Shown: positions 38,469-45,869 of the stretch, piece after piece
Numbering within the stretch: the stretch's first letter is position 1
Layout: every line of letters starts with the position of its first letter
IMG/VR virus record: IMGVR_UViG_3300043443_000309
Source of the DNA: an uncultured virus (IMG/VR IMGVR_UViG_3300043443_000309)
Lineage: Duplodnaviria > Heunggongvirae > Uroviricota > Caudoviricetes
Direction: 5' to 3' (one strand)
Length of the DNA stretch: 45,956 bases
Position numbers and translations under genes: made by a program
Notes under the pieces: model-generated
Seen by the model: the letters and a program-made list of their open reading frames with translations, nothing else
What the model was told of the DNA's origin: nothing
The model's database searches: none

Positions 38469-39098
38469 ATGGATGAACGCCCCGATTTATTCTTTCAAGA
38501 AAGAGAGAATAGCATTATGATGAACATTTCCTTCGGTGGAATAACCTCAATCTCTGCCGATGATGCTCGTTATCTTCTTGATAGAATTGCACAACTGATG
38601 CAAGAAAGGGATGATCTTTGGTTTCAGAAAGATCAACTAAATCGTGAAATCTCGGATGCTCTACACCTTCTTGATGCTGAAAGAACCCGAAACCAACAAA
38701 ACAACAAGGATCAACAAATGACTACCGAAACCCCGATTATCCTTGTCCAATCCGTTGATTACGATCAGAATTGGCAAACCATCACTGTTGAAGACCTCAA
38801 AGCTATTCAGCACATTGACACGATGTTTGATGGTTTCTTTTCAAGGCATCACGCTGTTTTCTCCCTCAATACCTATGAGGAGTTCTCAGAATGGATCGAG
38901 GATTATGGTTATGATGGGTACACAACCGCAGATTTCGATGAGTTTATCGAAAGGGATTTTGATTTCCTTCATTCTCCCGAGGTAAATAATCAAATGATCT
39001 CGCAGTTGAATGACTGGTTCGCAAGGTATCATAATGAAACCGAACAAAGCGAAGAAATCATTACCCTCAACGGAAAGCGTTATAAATTGATCGACTAA
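38469..39098 (+). CDS. hypothetical protein
   Basis: GGAG RBS after promoter; possible internal start at 38718. Confidence 0.6.
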   Translation: MDERPDLFFQERENSIMMNISFGGITSISADDARYLLDRIAQLMQERDDLWFQKDQLNREISDALHLLDAERTRNQQNNKDQQMTTETPIILVQSVDYDQNWQTITVEDLKAIQHIDTMFDGFFSRHHAVFSLNTYEEFSEWIEDYGYDGYTTADFDEFIERDFDFLHSPEVNNQMISQLNDWFARYHNETEQSEEIITLNGKRYKLID

Positions 39099-39102
39099 AC
39101 AA

Positions 39103-39190
39103 GGAGCTATGACCGAGTGGTTTAAGGTGCGCGATTGCTAATCGCGTGTGCCTCAAAAGGGCACCGAGGGTTCAAATCCCCCTGGCTCCG
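39103..39190 (+). tRNA. tRNA-Ser(GCT)
   Basis: CGCGA-TTGCTAA-TCGCG, long variable arm. Confidence 0.93.
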
Positions 39191-39257
39191 TTCCATTGAC
39201 AACTTTTTGACTTGACACCGCCTGTGACCCCGGTTATAATAGGGTCACACTGGAAAA

Positions 39258-39330
39258 GGGACATTAGCTCAATTGGCAGAGCGAGGGACTTTTAATCCCG
39301 AGGTTACAGGTTCAAATCCTGTATGTCCCA
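39258..39330 (+). tRNA. tRNA-Lys(TTT)
   Basis: Cloverleaf, loop CTTTTAA. Confidence 0.92.
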
Positions 39331-39334
39331 CTTT

Positions 39335-39408
39335 GATCTCGTAGCTCAACCGGATAGAGCAACGGCCTTCTAAGCCGTAGGTTACAGGTTCGATTCCTGT
39401 CGAGGTCA
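39335..39408 (+). tRNA. tRNA-Arg(TCT)
   Basis: ACGGC-CTTCTAA-GCCGT. Confidence 0.94.
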
Positions 39409-39412
39409 CTTT

Positions 39413-39484
39413 GTTCTCATAGTCTAACGGATAAGACCACTCTCTCCTAAAGAGTAGATACAGGTTCGATTCCTGTTGAGGACA
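39413..39484 (+). tRNA. tRNA-Arg(CCT)
   Basis: ACTCT-CTCCTAA-AGAGT. Confidence 0.92.
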
Positions 39485-39488
39485 TACT

Positions 39489-39565
39489 GGGGAAGTATAG
39501 GCTCTCGCTTATAACGAGTTGAAACCTTAATCGGTCACATGCGGGTTCGATTCCCGCCTTCCCCA
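39489..39565 (+). tRNA. atypical tRNA-Ile(TAT)-like RNA lacking a normal D arm
   Basis: Perfect acceptor GGGGAAG/CTTCCCC-A, perfect T arm, CTCG-CTTATAA-CGAG anticodon arm. Confidence 0.7.
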
Positions 39566-39570
39566 CTCAT

Positions 39571-39650
39571 GGCATCGTGATGGAATGGCAGACATAGGAG
39601 ACTCAAAATCTCCCGCCTTTGGCGTGTGGGTTCGACTCCCACCGATGCTA
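39571..39650 (+). tRNA. tRNA-Leu(CAA)
   Basis: GGAGA-CTCAAAA-TCTCC, variable arm. Confidence 0.93.
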
Positions 39651-39673
39651 TCAACAACCAATAAAAGGACAAA

Positions 39674-39832
39674 ATGAAGAACATCAACCTACAATACTTA
39701 TACGTTGGCATCAATCTAGCACTTGCTGTGCATTTCGGTGTCTTAGGTGACGTTAGCTGGGTGTTATTCAGCTTGGCTATGGTTGGCGTGAACATCGCTA
39801 CAATTTACCTTGTCGCGAAAGAAGAAGAATAA
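39674..39832 (+). CDS. small membrane protein (52 aa)
   Basis: AAGGA RBS; two hydrophobic segments. Confidence 0.55.
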   Translation: MKNINLQYLYVGINLALAVHFGVLGDVSWVLFSLAMVGVNIATIYLVAKEEE

Positions 39833-39835
39833 TAC

Positions 39836-39909
39836 AGCGGGATGGAGCAGTTAGGTAGCTTGTCAGGCTCATAACCTGAAGGTCGTGGGTTCAAATCCCA
39901 CTCCCGCTA
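39836..39909 (+). tRNA. tRNA-Met(CAT), initiator-like
   Basis: GAGC/GCTT D stem of fMet type; TCAGG-CTCATAA-CCTGA. Confidence 0.9.
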
Positions 39910-39912
39910 TTT

Positions 39913-39945
39913 GTCTCAATAGCTCAGTTGGTTAGAGCATCATTT
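39913..39945 (+). pseudogene. 5' half of an unidentified tRNA
   Basis: GTCTCAA-TA-GCTC-AGTTGGTTA-GAGC-A-TCATT with no anticodon 3' strand or T arm. Confidence 0.8.
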
Positions 39946-39985
39946 GAACTAGTAGACTATTTATTATCAAAAGGAGATAATAATA

Positions 39986-40540
39986 ATGTCTAAAAGTTCG
40001 GAAAGAGTAAAGAAGTGGAGAAAGAATACTAAAAATAGATTGATCCAAGCAATGGGTGGAAAATGCGGTATTTGTGGCTATGATAGAAGCAATTCTGCAT
40101 TGGAATTCCACCACATCGATCCTTTACAAAAGTCATTTACTTTAGGATCTGCTAGAGGTTCAATAGTAAACTGGGGATTGCTAGTAGAAGAAGCAAAGAA
40201 ATGTGTTTTACTCTGCTCCAATTGTCATAGAGAGGTACACGAAGGGATTGCACAACTTCCTTCCGAAATTCCAGCCTTCTTAGAAGAGTATGAGAATTAC
40301 AAAGAGATTAGAAGAGAGATAACTTTGACTGATAATACGGATAACTGCCCCGTCTGTAATAGACAAAAACACATAACTAACAACACTTGCTCGCCTGAGT
40401 GTCGAGCGATAGCGAATAGAAAAGTTATCAATCGGCCAAGTAGAGAGCAACTACTTGAACTTATAGAGATTAGTAGTTATGTTCAAGTGGGCAAGTTATT
40501 TGGTGTATCTGACAATACCATAAGAAAATGGGTAAAATAG
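39986..40540 (+). CDS. HNH endonuclease with C-terminal HTH-like domain
   Basis: GGKCGICGY..ALEFHH..KCVLLCSNCHREVH; VGKLFGVSDNTIRKW. Confidence 0.9.
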   Translation: MSKSSERVKKWRKNTKNRLIQAMGGKCGICGYDRSNSALEFHHIDPLQKSFTLGSARGSIVNWGLLVEEAKKCVLLCSNCHREVHEGIAQLPSEIPAFLEEYENYKEIRREITLTDNTDNCPVCNRQKHITNNTCSPECRAIANRKVINRPSREQLLELIEISSYVQVGKLFGVSDNTIRKWVK

Positions 40541-40569
40541 TTGTTAGATACCCGAGACAAACAAATAAT

Positions 40570-40644
40570 GGGTGATTAACTCAGTTGGCCTAGAGTGCTT
40601 GTCTGTTAAACAAGGAGTCGCTGGTTCGAATCCAGCATCACCCG
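40570..40644 (+). tRNA. tRNA-Asn(GTT)
   Basis: CTTGT-CTGTTAA-ACAAG. Confidence 0.93.
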
Positions 40645-40953
40645 CTCTTAGCTTATAAATTATTGGACGCTCAAAAGGAATAATAATGCATCAGTTCTAT
40701 ACTTTCACAGAAGATCAAATTCATACAATCTTGTTTGCTTTGCTACAGTTGAGCATGAACCTTGATCAAAGCGATTTGATTGCTGAAATCAAGGAGCAAA
40801 TGGCACATAATAAAATGAAAACTATTGCTCATAATACAAAGGTGGCATCGTGATCTTCTCTTTTTTCATGTTGATAACGGTTCTTTACTTCTTGACCGTC
40901 TCTTGACTTGACGACGGCAACCGAACCGGCTATAATGTATGGGTGAGGCAAGA

Positions 40954-42263
40954 ATGAATACCGGATTGTTCGTCAACTACAAAAAGTGCCCTAAGTCCCT
41001 TGGTGTTGTGGAAAAGGTCGAAGAAACGACCGTTTTTGTCCGGTGGCTTGAAGCGCCTGACATTATCAAACAATCTTGGGACAAGTATTTCTTTGACGAA
41101 GAAATGCGTAACGAGCCTATCGGCTATCCTTCTGCTGCGATTGAGATTCGGGCGATTTGACAATGGTATCAGAAAAGATCGATCCTTTGGGCGAACAACA
41201 CCGAAAAGTATTTGCTATTGGTGATTTGGTTTCTCACTTCATTTATAAAGATCAGTTATACATCGTCAAATCCATCGAAGAGAATGGTGATGTTCGTCTT
41301 TATTCTGTAAAGCAAATGACTTCTGATGAATGGGTGACAAACCCAAAAGTCTTAGACTTTGTGGAATAAAAATGTATGATCCAAAGGAATACTTGAGAAA
41401 ACTAAAAACTCTCAAAAGAAAGTGGGATCCAACTTTTGTTTTGTCCTTACAGCCTATTGTTGTGGGAGACTTGGTTAGAATAAAAGGCACCGATTCTATC
41501 TCTATTGTAAAAGACATAGTACACCCTTCTCATACAATAATCATGAGTTTGAGCGAGGAACAGAAAACACAAAAAGTCTACCTTGCTGCCTTGGAGTTGT
41601 TAGAGGAGCAAGAATGAAGTTTGAGCGTGGTGATCTTGTTGTCCTAAAAAAAGGTAGTTGGAAGGAAGATTTTGTTGGAAAAGTCGGAATCGTTCTGAAT
41701 GCTGTTCGGCATGAACCTAGATTTATTCTTTATGAAGTTAGAGTTTTTGGCAAGAAAGATACTGTAAGAGCAACTGCTAGATTTTTCGAACACATAACAA
41801 AAGGAAACGAAAATGCTATCTGATTATCTGAACTCAAAGCCGCCGAAATACAAGGTTGGTGATCTTTACTATGGAGAAAAGAAAATGATTGGCGTTGTCA
41901 AAAGCGTCGAAACTTTCTCCTATGTTCATCATTACCGAGTAATGGTTGTTTGTAGGGGTGATTCTGATTATCTCCTCGATCAGATTATTCTGACAAGTAG
42001 CCCTTCTCATGAAAACGTTGGAGAGTAAACATAAAGTTGGCGATGTAGTGTACATTCAGAGTGAAAAATCTTACCACATCGTTACTAAAATCATAATAAC
42101 AAAAGATAAAGGGTTAGGCATTTATGAAGATGTTCTGATAGGAACAAGAGTTTTGGCTGTCGAGCAGGATGCTGAACCTCGATTGTTCACGTTGCCCGCC
42201 GGTTCTCATGATCTTATCAATGAAAAGTGGCTTTTAGAAAATAGTTCGATAATCACTGGTTAA
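40954..42263 (+). other. six-gene block of small KOW/SH3-like ORFs, copy 1
   Basis: ORFs at 40954, ~41163, ~41372, 41614, 41813 and 42009, most with a xGDLV-type motif; collinear with 44511..45774. Confidence 0.75.
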
Positions 42264-42378
42264 GCCTTGTTTTTTATCGTTGACGATCCCTTGACAACAA
42301 AACGCTTGCCGCTGGCAACCTCCTAGGCTATAATGATTGGGTCAGCGGGCGATGGGGCCACGACAGCGGAGGCAACGA

Positions 42379-42873
42379 ATGTCGCAACCTAAAATGGTAC
42401 TCGGTTCTGACGGAACAAAGCGGTGGTATCTAAATGGCAAACTCCATCGCGAAGATGGACCGGCTGTTGAATGGCCTAACGGAGAAAAGCATTGGTATCT
42501 CAACGGCGAACTCCATCGTGAAGATGGTCCTGCTATTGAGTGTCCTAACGGAAAAAAGTGTTGGTTCCTCTACGGTAAAAAGCACCGTGAAGATGGACCT
42601 GCTGTTGAGTATCCTGACGGCCAAAAGGATTGGTATCTCCACGGCGAACTCCATCGTGAAGATGGTCCTGCTGTTGAGCGTTCTGACGGATCAAAGTTTT
42701 GGTATCTCAACGGTAAAAAGCACCGTGAAGATGGACCTGCTGTTGAGTGGCCTGACGGCCAAAAGGAATGGTATCTCAACAACCGTCCCGTGACTTGGCA
42801 ACAACTTTTCCGTCAAGCAAAGAACCCTGAAATTGAGTTGCGAATCCTAATCACCGCCTTCACAACCTCTTGA
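42379..42873 (+). CDS. HREDGPA-repeat protein (5 repeats)
   Basis: 66-bp/22-aa tandem units; GGAGG RBS. Confidence 0.85.
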   Translation: MSQPKMVLGSDGTKRWYLNGKLHREDGPAVEWPNGEKHWYLNGELHREDGPAIECPNGKKCWFLYGKKHREDGPAVEYPDGQKDWYLHGELHREDGPAVERSDGSKFWYLNGKKHREDGPAVEWPDGQKEWYLNNRPVTWQQLFRQAKNPEIELRILITAFTTS

Positions 42874-42928
42874 CTTGACACCGACCGCCCTTCCGGTTAC
42901 AATAGAAGGACAAAGAGCGAGGAATAAA

Positions 42929-43288
42929 ATGAATAAGTGGCCTGATGATATTCGTTTGTTTGTGAATGGTGGTCCTGATGATGACTGCCAACTATGGGAC
43001 ATTTGGCACGACGGAGGCCCCGGCGGTCACGCTTTTGACGCTTATTCAGAGCAAATGGCAAACGGTATTTGTTCCGCTATTGACGAACTACAAAACCTCC
43101 GACAAGAGAGCAAGCAACTTATTCTGGAAAGGGAAAGTTTGCGTAGGGAAATAACCGAACTTGAACTAGAACTATCAAAGTATCGTTCTCTACTTGATCA
43201 GGGATTTGATATCATAAATGATCATTTATACTTCTCTCATGGAGTATGGCTGGATAAAGCAACCAAACTTCTACAAGAGGAGGAATAA
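42929..43288 (+). CDS. hypothetical protein (paralog of 31537..31863)
   Basis: Near-identical N-terminal half. Confidence 0.75.
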   Translation: MNKWPDDIRLFVNGGPDDDCQLWDIWHDGGPGGHAFDAYSEQMANGICSAIDELQNLRQESKQLILERESLRREITELELELSKYRSLLDQGFDIINDHLYFSHGVWLDKATKLLQEEE

Positions 43289-43479
43289 TGCACCGATATG
43301 ACATTATTGGAATTTCAGCAGTAATGGCGATTGCTTGTATTCTATCTGCTCTTCTTTCTTCTGCTGTTATGAGTCATACTTGGGCGAGTGGTTGTGAGCG
43401 TTATTGCGAACCATTCGCTATGGATAGAGATAAGACCTATGAGTATAGAGTTTGTTATTGTATGGGGCAAGACAAATGA
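43288..43479 (+). CDS. small TM/Cys protein (paralog of 31344..31535)
   Basis: GCERYCEPFAMDRDKT. Confidence 0.7.
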   Translation: MHRYDIIGISAVMAIACILSALLSSAVMSHTWASGCERYCEPFAMDRDKTYEYRVCYCMGQDK

Positions 43480-43915
43480 ATAAAGAAATGTTGGATTTTT
43501 CTACAATAACTGACTTAGGAAGAAAGGCAAGAAATCTAAAAGATTGGGAATGGATGCAGGGAATGAGGGTCATGAATGGTCGTTCCGGCCCTCGCGGAAC
43601 GTATTAGAAGGCGATAAAGATTATGCCGTTTGGTATGGTGAAGGTTCAACGAGAGAAGGTGGCGGTTATCAAGAACAATACCCACCGCATCCCGACATTA
43701 TCCCTGACTTTTCCGATCCAGCAACACTAGGTTGCCTTCTTTATCTTGTGAGAAAGTTAGCAGGAGATCCGACTGTTTGGACTGTTATGAGGGATGGAAC
43801 TTGGTATGTTTGCTGGTCCGGTGCAACACACGGTGGCGATTTCGGAAAAGGTAACACAGAAGCAGAAGCATTAGTAGATGCCTTTATCTTTCTTTCAAAT
43901 GGTATAATCAAATGA
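43476..43915 (+). pseudogene. frameshifted paralog of 1573..1995
   Basis: WEWMQGM in the frame from 43476 (stop at 43607); DPATLG in the -1 frame. Confidence 0.65.
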
Positions 43916-44121
43916 GCGGACTTCAGAAAGGCGATCTTGTTTATGTTACGCCTTGGTTTGACGATACAAGGTTAGCGATCATAAAGGTAGCAACAACAAG
44001 TTGTGTGTATGAAGTTATTCACTTGGATCAACGAACACAAAATGCTCCCACTTATCACATCAACGCTTTGGTTCCTATCGACAGTTGGCCCACCCACAAA
44101 CGCCGCTTGACACCCTCTTGA
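43912..44121 (+). CDS. small hypothetical protein
   Basis: ATGA overlap; KGDLV. Confidence 0.6.
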   Translation: MSGLQKGDLVYVTPWFDDTRLAIIKVATTSCVYEVIHLDQRTQNAPTYHINALVPIDSWPTHKRRLTPS

Positions 44122-44175
44122 CTTGACGACGGCTCGTGCCTGCGCTATAATGCTTTCACAACGGACGAGGAATAA

Positions 44176-44463
44176 ATGTCTCAACCTGAAATGAAAATCG
44201 AACAGGATGGAACAAAAATGTGGTATCTCAACGGCGAACTTCATCGCGAAGATGGTCCTGCTGTTGAGTATCCCGACGGAACAAAGCATTGGTTTCTCAA
44301 CGGCGAATACCACTGCGAAGATGGACCTGCCTTTGAGTATGCTGATGGAACAAAAATGTGGTATCTCAACGGAAAGTCAGTTTCTTGGCAGGAAGTTTAT
44401 CGTCAAGCAAACGATCCCGAAATCGAATTGCGAATTCTTCTCGCGGCTTTGACGATCTCTTGA
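44176..44463 (+). CDS. HREDGPA-repeat protein (2 repeats)
   Basis: As paralogs above. Confidence 0.8.
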   Translation: MSQPEMKIEQDGTKMWYLNGELHREDGPAVEYPDGTKHWFLNGEYHCEDGPAFEYADGTKMWYLNGKSVSWQEVYRQANDPEIELRILLAALTIS

Positions 44464-44510
44464 CTTGACGACGGCAACCGAACCGGCTATAATGTATGGG
44501 TGAGGCAAGA

Positions 44511-45774
44511 ATGAATACCGGATTGTTCGTCAACTACAAAAAGTGCCCTAAGTCCCTTGGTGTTGTGGAAAAGGTCGAAGAAACGACCGTTTTTGTCCGG
44601 TGGCTTGAAGCGCCTGACATTATCAAGCAATCTTGGGACAAGTATTTCTTTGACGAAGAAATGCGAAGTGATGCTTTTCCTTACGCTTCTCATTTGCTTG
44701 AAATTCGAAGCATGTGATAAAATGAAAAAAGTGTTTGCTGTTGGTGATTTGGTTCGTCATTTCATTTATGGTGATTTCTCCATCGTTACTGAAAGCAGTG
44801 GTGATACCTTGTGCCTTTATGATTTGAAGACCGGAAGTTCATTCAAAGCGCATTATTCAATTTTCGATTTAGTGTAAGATGGATCCAAAAGAATACCTAC
44901 AAAAGCTGAAAACTCTGAAAAGAAAGTGGGATCCAACCTACGTTCTTTCATTGCAGCCTATTGAGGTAGGAGATTTGGTCAAAGTAAAAGGTACAGAAAG
45001 AGTTTCAGTCGTCAAGGAAATTGTGCATCCTTCGCACGCAATTATCCTTTCTCTCGGTGAAGAACAGAAAATCTCCAAAGTGTACCTTGCAGCGTTGGAA
45101 TTGCTGGAGCAAGGATGAAGTTTCAACGAGGAGATTTGGTTGTTCTAAAGAAAGGTCGTTGGAACAAAGAACACGTTGGTTCAATCGGAATTGTTCTGAA
45201 CGCTGTTCGACACGAACCAAGGTTCATTCTTTACGAAGTAAGGTTGTTCGGTAAAAATACAACTGTCAAAGCAACCGCTCATCATTTCGAATTTATCTCA
45301 AAGGAATAACTAATGTTGTCTGATTATCTTCTTATCAAGCCTCCACTTTATTCTGTTGGTGACCTATACTATGGCGATAATAACATGGTTGGGATCGTAA
45401 AATGCATCAACGAGTATGCTTATAGCTATGTTTATCGTGTCTTGGTCATCAACCAAGGCGAAGGACAATTTGCTACTGGTGTTGGCGAACATGTTGAATT
45501 CTCCAGTTCTCGCTATGATAATTCCAAGTTCAGCGGTGACTAAATGCCTTATTGTATTGGCGATCTAGTCCACATTCCAAAAGAGGACAGTTATTCGATC
45601 ATCACAAGCGTATTTGAACCTACGAAACATGAACCAATGACTATTGGAATGCGGATTGTTTGTATTGGTTCTTCCTGTGATCTTGCTTACCAACAATCAC
45701 TATTCTTGCAAATTGGGCAATCTTCCACGATTTCTGCTGACTGGTTGCAGCAAAACTCAAGAATTATCGGTTGA
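44511..45774 (+). other. six-gene block of small KOW/SH3-like ORFs, copy 2
   Basis: ORFs at 44511, ~44721, 44879, 45115, 45313 and 45544. Confidence 0.75.
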
Positions 45775-45869
45775 AGCGCAATTTTCTTCCTTGACAACCT
45801 GCTGACAAGAAAACGTTTGACCTCTCACTTCGACTGCGCTATAATGCTTTCACAACGGACGAGGAATAA

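Larger units (their letters stand above)
31275..45845 (+). repeat. dispersed triple-TTGAC promoter repeat family
   Basis: Copies begin at 31275, 32664, 33015, 34629, 35537, 37485, 37790, 38399, 39196, 40892, 42280, 42859, 44107, 44449 and 45791; each ends in -35/N17/-10. Confidence 0.9.

Noticed and set aside
29065..40644. Group I introns in tRNA anticodon loops or in uvsE
   Set aside because: Downstream genes are complete rather than 3' exons, and the HNH ORFs leave only tens of nucleotides of flank, with no room for or sign of a ribozyme core
386..45220. Most minus-strand and nested ORFs in the track
   Set aside because: They shadow well-supported plus-strand genes and lack RBS or motifs; only the two minus-strand HNHs are accepted
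31275..45845. CRISPR array or integron attC sites formed by the TTGAC repeats
   Set aside because: Spacing is irregular and gene-sized, repeats resolve as -35/-10 promoters, and no cas or integrase gene is in the window
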